From Octopus vulgaris (lineage: Eukaryota), in contig OX597825.1 of the NCBI GenBank assembly GCA_951406725.2, forward strand, positions 28,334,001 through 28,398,000: a DNA stretch of 64,000 bases, in the 5' to 3' direction. Below the pieces are notes generated by a model that was not told where the DNA came from, did no database searches, and was given only the letters and a program-made list of their open reading frames with translations. Shown in pieces: positions 45,211 to 59,178 of the stretch (position 1 is the first letter of the stretch; the number at the start of each line of letters is the position of its first letter). A program made the translations under genes and the position numbers.

Positions 45211-45574
45211 CATGTGTAACAAATGTGAGAAATAAAAGTTTATTATTACTGCAGAGTTAAAATTAGTAATTTGTGTAATAAATATAACTTCCACATAAAT
45301 AAAGTGAATTTATTTATCCGCAAACGACGCAAACTACCCGAAAGCGGGTCGGATATTATGACACTAGCTGAAACATTGAGATACAACGTATTGTAAGAAC
45401 TCTTACTGTGTCTTTATTAGAACTGTTTTTGCTGCGACGTTGCCAATTACTGCTACACTTGGCTTTTAAACAAGTTTACCTCCTGTATCATGCAAAGCTT
45501 CATTTAAAGTACACTATTGTAATATATATGTGAATTGTATATATTTATATGCATATAATATACATACACACACA

Positions 45575-45645
<71 letters not shown>

Positions 45646-46198
45646 GCATACATAGAGAGAGAGGGTGATGTATGTACTTATATATGCATATACATATACA
45701 CATATATACTTACATACACACGCATACAAACAGAGCACACACACACACATATATGAATTTATTAATGTATATATGATTATATGTAGATATTTCAGTTTAT
45801 ATCCTTTCAACAAATAAGCGCAAATTATCGCCTGTTTCATATAATGCATGAAATATTTGTATGCCATAATATTTGAATAATATTATTGCCACGTTGAATC
45901 ATGGGTATGTCACTTAGCTATTAAAACGTCACTCAAAATTTACATTTCTGTTTTGACAGTTATCTTAATGATTGAGTAGTATTGTTACATGCATATAAAG
46001 ATATATGTTTATCACACTGTGCAATACGTATATGTCTAATCGACTATGAAGGTTTGATATAAACACTAATTCACATGCACATATATAAAGAAATAGACAG
46101 AGAGACAGACAGGTAGATAGGTGCATTTGTATGTATGTATATAGACATAAATTTATTACACACACACACACACACACACACAGACACATATATATATA

Positions 46199-46378
46199 CT
46201 GTTGTGTCTGGGGAGAGTCATTCTCTTTTTGTACCTTATTATTTAAGACTATTGAAAAGGTTGCAAGACGCTACGAAAATTTTAGGAAAATAAAAAGACG
46301 AAATAAGTGGAAATTTTACCGGTGAGTGTGTTAAATAATAAGGTACTAAAAGAGAATGACTCTCCCCAGACACAACAG
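46199..46378. repeat. Inverted repeat with ~48-bp arms
   Basis: ctgttgtgtctggggagagtcattctct...ttaa is mirrored by ttaa...agagaatgactctccccagacacaacag. Confidence 0.85.
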
Positions 46379-46512
46379 AATATGCTTCAACACACGAACT
46401 TATATAAAGAATCTTGCAAACCAAATCCAAAAACGAAAAATAAATAAATATATATATATAACAAATATTGAATTTCAAAATCTCTCGTAGAGACATGTAC
46501 GGTGGTGGGGCG

Positions 46513-46922
46513 ATAGAATGGTTGTAAACTGTCAATCTAACAAGAACGTGACAGTAGGGGTACACCACCGCTGTATAGCCCTAGGAGGCATCGAACGCCT
46601 CCTGATAGCTTTGACACATTTTTCCCTGTGTCCTTATATAGATATACGAAGGGGAGACAAACACCCCGGCTGCCGGAACTGCATCTAGGGACACCGTGTT
46701 TCAGGATCATTGAAGGCCGATGAAGGACAATGATCCTGAAACACGGTGTCCCTAGATGCAGTTCCGGCAGCCGGGGGTGTTTGTCTCCCCTTCGTATATC
46801 TATATAAGGACACAGGGAAAAAATGTGTCAAAGCTATCAGGAGGCGTTCGATGCCTCCTAGGGCTATACAGCGGTGGTGTACCCCCTACTGTCACGTTCT
46901 TCTTAGAATGACAGTATACAAC

Positions 46923-46930
<8 letters not shown>
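46513..46930 (+). mobile_element. ~200-bp-arm fold-back element with a hammerhead motif at the apex (46714-46753), ending at (TA)n
   Basis: Arms at 46513-46712 and 46728-46930; agg-CCGATGA-agga(caatga)tcct-GAAA-cac(g)gtg-TC-cct. Confidence 0.8.
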
Positions 46931-46975
<45 letters not shown>

Positions 46976-47019
46976 TGCATAATAAACACTACATACAGAA
47001 GAGTGCAATAACTACATCA

Positions 47020-47440
47020 TCTGAACTCTCAGCTTGCGCCAAGCATATTGCCCACAATATCTTTGCAATGCCTGTCCTCACGCTCACATTTGGACGTCTG
47101 ATCTAGGAACTTATTGACGCAGATTTCTTCCCCAAGGAGCATCGGTAAAATCTGTTTATCAAAAGAACAAAATACATAAAGAATGCACCGGTTCATTGAG
47201 AAGGCAATGCATAGGTACCTGGCACGAAAACCACTTGCCAAATTAGGAGTTTGTCATATCGAAACTTTGGCATGCAGTACCGACAATTTTATGACATCTT
47301 ACTTTGAAGACTATCGCTATGAAATTCAAGAACAAAAAGTCCCCACCAACTACCGGCGGCAAAAATATCAACAGATATCAAAGGTAGGCTATGCAGAAAC
47401 AAGACTCGGAACACCAAATTTTACATGTCTTGTAACAAAA
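47020..47440 (+). pseudogene. Highly decayed R4/Dong-type non-LTR fragment (post-RT region)
   Basis: NIFAMPVLTLTFG followed by YRYEIQEQKVPTNYRRQKY, resembling the AIPVLTYSFG and AIQDQVIxTRNY motifs. Confidence 0.55.
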
Positions 47441-47468
47441 TTTGAAGCCAATGTTATTACCACCACAT

Positions 47469-47685
47469 AAGGCAGCGAGCCGGCAGAATGGTTTGCGCAC
47501 CGGGTAAAAAACTTTACGACATTTCGTTCGTCTTTACGTTCCGAGTTCAAATTCGGCCGGGGACGACTTTGTTTTTCATTCTTTCTAGATCGTTAAAAGA
47601 AGTTACAGTTAAGTACTGAGCTCGATGTAATTGTCTTACCCACTACTCCGATATTCCTAACTTTGTGCCAAAATTGAAAACGAAT
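47469..47685 (+). mobile_element. SINE family B, degenerate
   Basis: aaggcagcgagccggcagaa...gagttcaaattc. Confidence 0.7.
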
Positions 47686-47924
47686 ATTATTACCATCACA
47701 ACGAACATAGTTACAGCCACCGCGACTACGATCAACTTCTGCAAAACCTACGCATTACTAACAACCACCGCCACTCCCACATCTCAAATTAAACAATGTC
47801 ATCACAACTATCGACATGATCATCAGTTCGGTCAACGTCGTCGTCGTCGTCATCATCATCATAATTATCGCCATCATCATCATCATCATCAATAACAACA
47901 ACATATCATTGCTAAAAAACGAAC

Positions 47925-48540
47925 AACAGGAGCGGGTGTGTGATAAGAAGGTTGCTTCCCAACTATAGGGTTCTGTGCACCTTGGGCAAGTGTCTTCTAC
48001 AAGAGCCGCGGACAGACCAAAGCTTTGTGAGTAGATTTGGTAGACGGAAACTGAAAGAAGCTCATTGTATATGTATGCATGTACGTATTTGTGTGTCTGT
48101 GCTTATCCCCCATCATCGCTTGACAACCAATTTTGGTGTGTTTACGTCCCCGTAACTCCGCGGTTAAGCAAAAGAGACCGATAGAATAAGCACTAGGCTT
48201 ATAAAGGATAAGTCCTGGGACAGATTTGTTCGACTAATGACGGTGTTCCAGCACGGCCGCAGCCAAATGACTGAAACCAGTTAAAGAATAAAAGAATAAA
48301 TTAACAAAAAAGATTTTCGGTAACAACGATGTGGCCAGCTACAAAAACAGTTGCAACAACAACAATAACAAGAGGCACAGGAGTGGCTGCGTGGTAAGGA
48401 GCTTGCTTGCGAACCACATGGTCCCATGTTCAGTCGCACTACGTGGCACCTCGGGCAATATTCTACAATAGCTTCGGACAGATCAAAGCCTTGTGAATAG
48501 ATTTGGTAGACAGAAACTGAAAGAAGCCCATCGTATTTGT
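47925..48540 (+). mobile_element. Two degenerate SINE family A copies (47925-48300 and 48373-48540)
   Basis: Family A motifs gatttggtagac.gaaactgaaagaag. Confidence 0.8.
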
Positions 48541-48634
<94 letters not shown>

Positions 48635-48716
48635 GAACTACCACGCCAGGTGGTGCTATTAAGTTAGACATGGCCTGGGCCAATACTGGCCAAAAACCTT
48701 TCTAAGTTATTCTAAG

Positions 48717-48823
<107 letters not shown>

Positions 48824-49152
48824 TGTATGTATGTATGTATGTATGTATGTATGTATGTATGTATGTATGTATGTATGTATGTATGTATGTATGTATGTAT
48901 GTATGTATGTATGTATGTATGTATGTATGTATGTATGTATGTATGTATGTATGTATGTATGTATGTATGTATGTATGTATGTATGTATGTGTGTGCGTAG
49001 GTGTGTATGCGTGTGTGTGTGTGTGCGTCTTTGTTTCTATGTTTGTCTCCCACCACCGCTCGACAGCTGATGTTGGTGTATTTACGTCCAAGTAACCTCT
49101 TCTTTATTATTATTATTATTATTAATTATTATTATTATTATTATTATTATTA

Positions 49153-49263
<111 letters not shown>

Positions 49264-50394
49264 TCGTATAAATTTCAGATATTCATTTTGAATATTCATC
49301 TATATATCGTATTTGTAAGTTTTATGCGTGAATTTTCTCTGCAAGGTGGGAAGGCCTCTACAGCTCGTCGATATTTTGCGTGCAAGCGAGCAAATTCGAG
49401 CAAATGTTTGCTGATATTGCAGAGAAGGCGTTCACATTGTAGTCCTTGTAATGCTTGCCATAATAGTTTTGACGTTGTTATTATAAATAGCAACCTAATA
49501 CCCCTCACATAGCATTCTACTGACAAGAGAAAGGATATATATATATAATATATATGATGGCTCTCGATTGGCGTTACGTAGACAAAATGATAGAAAAGCG
49601 TAGCTTCTATGCTGTTGTCCATGTATTTCATTCAGATCTGACCTAGAACGTAAAAACAACAGCAACAACACCAACAGCAACCACAACAACAAAAATAACT
49701 TACATATGAGCAAACTCTACATAGAAGGCAAAAGATCACATGTATCTTACGGCATAATTTCGATGTGTAAGAAACAAATATTTTATTGAAATAATGCTAA
49801 TATAACGTATTTTTCCCGAGGTATTATCTAGCTTGGAGATAAGAATTAATTGATTCAACAGAAGTAGTCAAGTGTCTCACTATTCAGCAATGTAAACAAC
49901 TTCGCTGAACTCATTACCAATTTTCTTTGCCAAAAGTTTCCTGTATTTAAATGTCATCTGAAGTACGACTAGTTGTCAAACATTAGATAATAGCTGTAGA
50001 GATATTCATCTTTAATAATGGATTATGAACAACATATATCGGCGCTTCTATCTATATTCCACTTAATTCACTTAATACAAAAATGATGTACTCACACACA
50101 AACGCATCTTTCCACATATGTGTGTCTGTGTGTGTGTGTGTGTTTGTGTGTGTGTCTGTGTACATACATAAATACGTACATACATATATAAATGTGTGTG
50201 TGTGTGTGATTGTCTTTTTACCAAAGCTTGACATCTGGTGTTGGTTTGTATACCTTCCCGTAAACTAGTTGTTTGGCAAAAGACACCGATAGAGTATTTT
50301 TTTATTTAGTTGATTGTTTCAGTCATTTGACTGTGGCCATGCTGGAGCACCGCTTTTTGTCGATCAAATCGACCACAGGACTTATTCATTGTAA

Positions 50395-50577
50395 TTCAGT
50401 TCTATATTTATGAGATGAGGAATTATGTACATTATTTACATTATTTACATTTGGCGGATATTTGCCGTCACCTTGTTTGTTGTTAACGCAACGTTTTGAC
50501 TGATATACCTGCCAGCCTTCATTAGGTGTCTTGGAGAAATTTCGACCCTGGGTTCTCATTTCTAAGGTATTTTTCGA

Positions 50578-50646
<69 letters not shown>

Positions 50647-50775
50647 CATCATCATCATCATCATAATCATCATCATCATCATTATCATCGTTATTGATAT
50701 TCAGTTCACTGCCTGGAATCGAACTCGGAATATTGGAGTTAGTAGCCCGCGCTCTTAAGCAATACACCATATGCC
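50395..50775 (-). mobile_element. tRNA-headed, (GAT/AAT)n-containing, hammerhead-tailed element, copy 2, nested in a SINE A
   Basis: Head ggcatatggtgtattgcttaagagcgcgggctactaac...gagttcgattcc; HHR remnant at 50485-50530 (gacac-CTAATGA-aggctg..cagtc-AAAA-cgtt-gcgtt). It splits SINE A between cttattcattgtaa and gcctagtac. Confidence 0.75.
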
Positions 50776-51063
50776 TAGTACTCATTCTATCGGTCTCTTT
50801 CGCCGAACCGTTAATCTACGGGGACGTAAACACACCTACATCGGTTGTCAAGCGATGGTTGTGGGAGGGGGACAAACAGACACGCATACACATGCATATA
50901 TACGATGGGTTTCTTTCAGTTTCTGTCTACCAAATCCACTCATAAGGTTTGGTCGGCCCGAGGCTACAGTAGAAGACCTTTGCACAACGTGCTACGCAGT
51001 GAGATTGAAACCCGGAACCATGTGGTTGGTAAGCAAGCTAGTACCACACAACCATTCCTGCGC
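50773..51063 (-). mobile_element. SINE family A (5' part; its 3' part lies at ~50305-50394)
   Basis: Family A sequence reversed and split by the insertion above. Confidence 0.85.
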
Positions 51064-51181
51064 AGCTTCTATGCTGCAGTTCATGCGTTTCATTCAGATC
51101 TGATCTAATAGAACATCAACATCAACTACAACAGCAACGACAACAAAAATAACACACTTACAAGCAAACTCTACCTGGCAT

Positions 51182-51346
51182 AGGCGTAGGAGTGGCTGTG
51201 TGGTAAGTAGCTTCCTTACGAACTACACGGTTCCGGGTTCAGTGCCACTGCGTGGCACCTTGGGAAAAAGTCTTCTACTATAGCCTCAGGCCGACCAAAG
51301 TCTTGTGAGTGGATTTGGTAGACGGAAACAGAAAGAAGACGTCGTA

Positions 51347-51434
<88 letters not shown>

Positions 51435-51649
51435 TTTGTGTGTCTCTGTTTGTCCCCCCATCATCGTTTGACAAGCGATGCTGGTGTGTTTACGTCCGCG
51501 TAACTTGGTGATTCGGCAAAAGAGACCGATAGAATAAGTACTAGGCTTACAAAGATTAAGTCATGGGCTCGAATTGCTCGACTAAAGTAGTGTTCCAGCA
51601 TGGTCACAGACAAAAATGACTGAAACAAGTAAAAGAGTAAAAAGAAAAG
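51182..51649 (+). mobile_element. SINE family A, full length
   Basis: aggcgtaggagtggctgtgtggtaag...gaaacaagtaaaagagt. Confidence 0.9.
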
Positions 51650-52080
51650 AGAAGGCAAGAGATCCCATGTACCTTGCGGCATAATTTCAATGTGTTAACC
51701 AAAGAAACAAATAATTTATTGAAATAATGCTAATATAACGTGTTTTTCCCGAAGTAACAAATTTTCATAAATATGTACTGGAAGTCGATGTTATCGCTGA
51801 AAACTCTTCAATCTAGTGCTCTTTGATGGTCACAGTTCACTGATTGAAATTTTAGCAACATTTGTGGATGAGAGGTAAAATTTATCTCCGCCTAAACGCG
51901 AACGTTCTGTTAGAACTAATTATACTGCGGCAGTTACTATGAGAGAAACTCTAATATTAGCCTTTGGTGCAAAATGCAATCTTTTTTATATTACTACAGT
52001 AGAGATAAATCCTCGCTATCTCTACTTCTATATATCGGTGTCGGGAAGACAAGTCGCTGCTATCTCTAGTGGTCGAGCGT

Positions 52081-52127
52081 CCATCACTGACGAAACCAAA
52101 GAATGTCGAAATCATCCGATCTGGTTG
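52081..52127 (+). ncRNA. Type I hammerhead-like motif
   Basis: atca-CTGACGA-aac(caaagaat)gtc-GAAA-tc(atcc)ga-TC-tggt. Confidence 0.5.
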
Positions 52128-53739
52128 TCTCGGCGCTGGAGGCGATGGGAATTTATCTCCCTATAAATAAACGAGCATTTAACACCTAAGGCCAATGTGA
52201 GGGTTTCTCTCATGATATCTGCCGCAGAACATTGTGTTCAAACAGAACATACACGTTTAAGTGGGGATAAATATTTTCTCTTAGTGTTATTACTGTTTCT
52301 CTCACTAATGTCATATTCAGGGTTGACTTTGTGTATGCATGCAAGACCTTAAAGTGCATCTGATAGTAGGGTCCTGGTATGGGAGTTCCAGGTATTTCAA
52401 AAGTGTAGAACCATCTCTTAGCCACTGTTGTCTCCAGGCCTACTCAGATCCAAAATAGTAGCATCTGTTAGGTCCCAGCTACAATTTAATAAGCATATGG
52501 ACCACTAGAAGTGAAGAGTCCTCAATCTTCGTTAGAGCTTCCTTCTTCTAGAAGAAAGTAAACTCGTATAAAGAATCTGAAATACAGCCAGCTCCTTGTT
52601 GTCAGAACCTCTGTTGCCTCCCTGGTTGCACAGCATTGAAAAGCATGAAAAGTAAGTTCTGTGTTATGCAACATTTTATCCACTCAAAGCCATGGTAGAT
52701 TAAAATAATGTTCCAGTAAACTGAGGTAGATTCGATCGACTTTGATTACTTCTAAAACAACTGGGCTTTGTTCCTATAACACAAAAGTCTATCTAATACC
52801 ATAAATTAGACAGATGAAACGAATTTGGCTGCTATTTCTAGCAGATTAAATGGTTATCTAGAGGTCTACTTCTTTGGATCATTCTTTAACGGTAATTGAA
52901 CATAAAGGGGTTAAAGAAAGATTTGCAGATTATTATGTTTATTTGTCTCTTTATTCTAATCTTAGACAAAAGAGAAGACATTGCAAATGAAAGGTGTCAA
53001 CGACCCTCAACCAACTACTCATTAGTCGTAAAGTGAGTACAAAAAAAAATTTTTTAATAAAAAAAAACAAATATCATTTTGTATTGAGAGCGATTTCGAA
53101 GTTGATTTGAGAAAGAACTCAATTGTCTTAAGAATGAAGTCCTCGTGATACCATTCAATTGAAAATACAAATCCTTTGTTTTCATTATCATCGCTTTAGT
53201 CGATCCAATTGGCTGGAACATACGCTCATATTTCTTCAATATATTTGTCGATTAAGAACTACTTCATATAATTTAACGCTAAAAGAAGATGAAAAGTGCA
53301 CAATCGCTCGCTAAAGTTTTAATTATATTCCTAAAAAATTATTCGCAGCGGAATGGCGAGAAACAATAGAGCATCGGTTTGAATGCATTTTTTTTTTTTA
53401 ATTTAAGTATTTTGGTTTATCTACTTAACATTTTTGTGTACAAAACCCTACTGTGGATGCCTTGTTAACTTCTCTTATCATCGATTCTGAATAAGAGCTG
53501 TCCACGTATTGGAGTGGATTTAATGGCCGACACTTCACTGGCTTACATTATGGCGAATTAGTACAGATGTTAAAGTGTCGGACAGAATGACTTGTTATAT
53601 TTGCTTCGGCTCTCTGCACTTTGAGTTCGAAGCTACCTTCCTTGAGTTCGAAGCTACCTAGATTTACTTCAGTTTATGTCTTAATAAATAATATATCATT
53701 AAAGTACTGGATTCAATTCTTATTTCTTTATATTTATTT

Positions 53740-54222
53740 CTTATTTCTTTACTGCCCACAAGGGGCTACTCACAGAGGAGACAAGCAAGGACAGACAAAC
53801 GGATTAAGTCGATTATATCGACCCCAGTGCGTAACTGGTACTTATTTAATCGACCCCGAAAGGATGAAAGGCAAAGTTGACCTCGGCGGAATGTGAACTC
53901 AGAACGTAGCAGCAGACGAAATACTTATTTCTTTACTACCCACAAGGGGCTAAATACAGAAGGGATAAACAAGGACAGACAAACGGATTAAGTCGATTAC
54001 ATCGACCCCAGTGCGTAACTGGTACTTAATTTATCGACCCCTAAAGCATGAAAGGCAAAGTCGACCTCGGCGGAATTTGAACTCAGAACGTAACGGCAGA
54101 CGAAATACGGCTACACATTTCGCCCGGCGTGCTACCGTTTCTGCCAGCTCGCCGTAGCAGCAGACGAAATACCACTAAGCATTTCGCCCGGCGTGCTAAC
54201 ACTTCTGCCAGCTCACCGCCTT
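53740..54222 (-). mobile_element. SINE family B multimer with duplicated head
   Basis: Two body units plus two overlapping head segments (54090-54153 and 54154-54222). Confidence 0.88.
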
Positions 54223-54667
54223 TATATTTATTTCTCTCTTCTCGGAATTGTCTGTGTTGCCTTTTGTAATTATAACTCCAATGTCATGCCATTTTTTTCT
54301 TTTACGGTACAAAGACACTATCACTGGTCACATCAACGAAGCATTACACCCCAATGCATTCCAAACACTCAATGTTAATACAAAAGCTCGGTCTCACAAT
54401 TACTCTTGTTCAATTTATATCCCTTCCGTAGACAAAAATAATTATCACAAAAACTGAACTTCCTCTTAAGAGCCAAGAAATATTTCAGCTCTCAAGAACT
54501 TCTACATCTCTATCAATACCAGAATGAGATCCCTAATGGAATACTGTGCTCACTCCACATATAAAACGGTACCACTCATATAAAACGCAGGTATTTTGGA
54601 GTGTATCCTCCTAAAGAACCCGGCGTCCGTTTGACAAGAAGTCACTCACTATTATGCCCCGAAGGTA

Positions 54668-54899
54668 AGGCGGCGAGCTGGCAGAAACGTTAGCATGCCG
54701 GGCGAAATGCTTAGCGGTATTTTGTCTGCCGCTACGTTCTGAGTTCAAATTCCGCCGAGGTCGACTTTGCCTTTCATCCTTTCGGGGTCGATAAATTAAG
54801 TACCAGTTACGCACTGGGGTCCATGTAATCGACTTAATCCGTTTGTCTGTCCTTGTTTGTCCCCTCTGTGTTTAGCCCCTTGTGGGTAGTAAAGAAATA
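54668..54899 (+). mobile_element. SINE family B, full-length monomer
   Basis: aaggcggcgagctggcagaaacgttagc...gagttcaaattcc...gcctttcatcctttcggggtcgataaattaagtaccag. From memory, this central block resembles the Meta-SINE domain. Confidence 0.9.
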
Positions 54900-55262
54900 T
54901 ATTATGCCCCGAACTTTGACCACCATTCCAGTTTGGCCAATTCTATCGCTACTCCAGAGGTCTATACTCTACGTCTTCATGTGTACGTACACATTACTCT
55001 TGGGGTCGTCTTCATAAAGGAACTTCTGTGTAAATGTTTGTGGCTGTCGGACAGTCTGCTTCCCCGCTTCGTCAAAAAGACAATGATAGCAATCTGCTTT
55101 TTTCTGAAACCCGTTTTCCCTGCGAAGAAAAGCGGAAGAAGAGTTACTCCAGAGAAAAAATTACTCAACCAGTATGCACAATCTCTATACTCTCTCTATG
55201 GCCTATGTCAATAATAAATTATGCATGCTTTTGCATTATTTTCGGTACAACCCATGCATATT

Positions 55263-55637
55263 GTCAAGCTTCACCGTTGAAGGAATGAGAATATGTAACA
55301 GAAACAAATGGAAGCCATTTTCTTGTTCTTTACTATCTAACATTCTATCCAGGATCTGTATTTGGTGAGGTGTCAAGCTTCACGGTTGAAGGAATGTCAA
55401 GCTTGACTGTTGATGGAATGAGAATATGTAACAGAAACAAATGGAAGCCATTTTTTTGTTCTTTACTATCTAGCTTTCTATCCAGGATCTGTATTTGGGG
55501 AGGTGTCAAGCTTCACGGTTGAAGGAATGTCAAGCTTGACTGTTGATGGAATGAGAATATGTAACAGAATCAAATGGAAGCCATTTTTTTGTTCTTTACT
55601 ATCTAGCTTTCTATCCAGGATCTGTATTTGGTGAGGT
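55263..55637. repeat. Minisatellite, about 3 units with a period of 133 bp (first unit shorter)
   Basis: gtcaagcttcac recurs at 55263, 55372 and 55505. Confidence 0.9.
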
Positions 55638-56135
55638 GGAAGAGAATTCTCTCTCTTCGTTTACAGATATAGCGTGAATGAATTAATCCAACGTTTTAGA
55701 ACTCAAAACAAATGAGACAACATTAATCGAAAATATCATTGTTTTCACCACAAACAACGTTTCAGAACGATGCTGAGATTTAGTGGAATACAAAGAAAAT
55801 AAATAAATTACAAAATCCAAATATGAATTTTACAAAAAACAAAATTTAGGTTATATTATATAATAAAACTTCATTTGTAGACAAAATTTCAGTTTCGATC
55901 TCTTTGTTTCTAACAACATTCTCATTCTTTTCTCTCGTTTTAAGAAAAGAAAGAAAGAATAGGTTCGTTAATTTCATTCTAAATTATGAAAAAAAAAATC
56001 TTGTAAACAGTTATCAGAATTTATACAGTTCATTATCACATGATTATTTCTAGTAACATCACATACAGACTGAGGCGCCTTTAACAACCTACATAGATGA
56101 ACATATATGGGGAACGTGTGCACACGCACAAACGC

Positions 56136-56173
<38 letters not shown>

Positions 56174-56574
56174 GTATATATTTTATGTGTGTGTGTGAGT
56201 GTGTCTTAAATTATCTTATTAAATCAAATTATCTTGTAATATCAAATGAAGTGGCTTTTAATAAGTATCTAATGTTCTCAAACGGACATAAGAGATTAAG
56301 TCGATCAAAAGTGTGTTAACGTCACATCCAACACAGCCAATTAATCTGGCGTTTGTCGGTTTGCTTCGATTCGATTTGGTATTATACTGATGAAGAAGTT
56401 GCGCCGATAGGTAAGTTGAAAACCTACTTCGTTAATTGTATACACGCACGTTTCCACACGTCGTTCTCGCAGCCAAATATTCATACAAACACAGAAACAG
56501 GTTTTTATAGACACACACCACATACACAAAACGCCCGCATGCACACAAAAGCTCTCACTATTATTCATACACAG

Positions 56575-56622
<48 letters not shown>

Positions 56623-58301
56623 TCAGAGAGACACACAGGGAGATAAGTACACACGCGCGCTCACACGTGCTCCGCACTTCGGCACTTCCATACAGATAAC
56701 ACAATTAGTAATTAGCAAGAGACTGACCTTGACTCCATCTTGAACCTGAATAAAGTGATACAAAGACGAAGTGTTTGTCTATAGATTCACATAGACCACA
56801 CACAGACACACACGTACACACACAAACAGACACACTCACGCACACATATACAAGAAAAGACAGATACACATTTAGTAAAAGATGAAAGCATTGACACACA
56901 TAAAATGTTTAAGCAAGTAAAATGTTACAGTTGTAAGAGCGTCGACCATAATGTCTTACGGCATTTGCAGCCAATCACTGCACTCCGAGTTCAAATCCCA
57001 TCGAGATTAACTTTGATTTTAATCACTACAGATAAAGTAAAGAGCCGGTCAAATATTGGTTAAGTTGTTTCTTCTTTGTCGCACCCAGTTTATTTCTCGT
57101 AATCGATGGCGTAAAGGAGAGTTCTTGAGAGCATTCATACGGTGCATCATCACCAACCTTTTTCCTTTCCACCCTAGGGTTATGACACGAAAGTATAAAC
57201 TAATATGTACGTTAAAACATACGAACATACTCGTTTAAGCTTACAACTGGTCGATTCAACAATGGAGCCCTTAGTTTAACGCACTAGAACAGATTTCACA
57301 GCAGTGTTTCTTATACTGAGAAAGACCTTCCTCGCTCATAATGGAGATAACATGGAACATATCTCTTTGTAATTTATCTTTGTTCGTCATGGGGTTTGTA
57401 CCAGTTTAAAACCTTTTGTTTTATTTAAAATGTTAATGTTTTCATGCTCTTTGCAATCCCCAGAAGCCTTACTCCAGATGGTATACTTTCTCCCTGCTAT
57501 GTAAGTCACCGCCATCCAGACTTAAAATGACACACTGGGTTATGTGCCCCTAGATGAACGTTGAAAAAACATTAATAGCCTGCTTTTTTATATATAAATC
57601 TGGTTGATAAAGGTTGGCTATGGCCTAATTATGAACAACAGAATAGAACTCGGTTAAATAGATTAAGATTTTTATTCTGTTGTTCATATTTAGACCCCAG
57701 CAATGCTTGTGACTTCAAATACAATGCTGATGCAATTAACTATGAAGCAAAAGTCAACTCTACAAAATTTCTAGTCGGTATGTTTGAAGGCACTCTTAAA
57801 CACCCTTTGTCTTTTTGTCGGTATAGTAAGTGGCATATTTTTGCATCTTTTCTGCAACCATACTTCCTCCTGCAGAGATAAAGACTATATCACTCCAATT
57901 ATATTACTGGTCTTCCAATGGAGACTGAAAGAATGTGTAAAATCAGTGGTAATGCAATGAAGATTTCTTAAAAGATTCGACGCGTATGTAAATTGAATTA
58001 AAACATTTCGGCAGTATAATTTTGAAAACTAATACATACAAATTGTAACAAATCAGTTAAATGTATAAATGTCAGATGGGTAATATTAACAAATCCAAAC
58101 ATTTCGGGAATTACCATTTTGGAAATTGGAAAATAAACATGACAATTTCATTATATGAATGCGACGAAGGAACCGCAAGGCTAATTTTATTTTGTCATCT
58201 TTGTTTTAAAAAGTTAGTTACATTTCGCTTGTCTCTGCTGTTTCCGTACGTGTATGTTGAATAAATATTAAACTGTGAGTGAATGGTAACAAAAATTTGT
58301 G

Positions 58302-58497
58302 CTTTTTACTTGTTTCAGTCATTTGACTGCGGCCATGCTGGAGCACCGCCTTCAGTCGAGCAAATCGACCCCGGGACTTATTCTTTGTAAGCCCAGTACT
58401 TATTCTATCGGTCTCTTTTGCCGAACCGCTAAGTGACGGGGACGTAAACACACAAGCATCGGTTGTCAAACAATGCTAGGGTCACAAACACATACAC

Positions 58498-58539
<42 letters not shown>

Positions 58540-58701
58540 GACAGGCTTCTTTCTGTTTCCGTCTACCAAATCCACTCACAAGGCATTGGTCGGCCCGGGG
58601 CTATAGCAGAAGACACTTGCCCAAGATGCCACGCAGTGGGACTGAACCCTGAACATGTGGTTGGTTAGCAAGCTACTTACCACACAGCCACTCCTGCGCC
58701 T
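58302..58701 (-). mobile_element. SINE family A, full length
   Basis: Family A sequence reversed, ending ccactcctgcgcc. Confidence 0.92.
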
Positions 58702-59116
58702 TTTATTTGTGCTTACTTTTATTTACTTAATTGCTTGTAATCAATGCTTTACTCAGCCCTGCGACCCTAGTTTTGTGCATATGTTCCGGCAGCATATTTT
58801 ATATAGTAATCACAATTAACGCATAAAATCAATATAGGAGTTAATCGTAAACCTCAAAATCGTCACTTTCTTTATTTTCTTTTTGAATTTGGTTTAAATA
58901 TTGGCGATATTTTAAATTCATTTCACGTATTACGGGCAGTTACCTCCAAAGTAATAGCCGAGGTAATTCAGCCTGGACCAGAATACAGCTTCTGATATTC
59001 GATCCGAAAAGAAACTTTTCTATTATCACTATTATTATTATTATTATTATTATTATTGTTATTGTTATTGTTATTGTTGTTGTTGTTGTTACTATTACTG
59101 TTACTGTTACTGTTAT

Positions 59117-59178
<62 letters not shown>

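Noticed and set aside
52250-52680. Possible RTE-like relic on the minus strand
   Set aside because: Only faint motif similarity (FGSE), so it cannot be supported.
54250-55210. Possible CR1/Jockey-like RT C-terminal relic split by a SINE B (MRSLMEYCAH)
   Set aside because: Suggestive, but frameshifted and too short to call confidently.
55263-55637. CRISPR-like repeat-spacer array
   Set aside because: Whole units are repeated with no unique spacers, the context is eukaryotic, and there are no cas genes.
56384-56432. ctgatgaagaag...gaaa as a hammerhead
   Set aside because: No supporting stems; likely a chance match.
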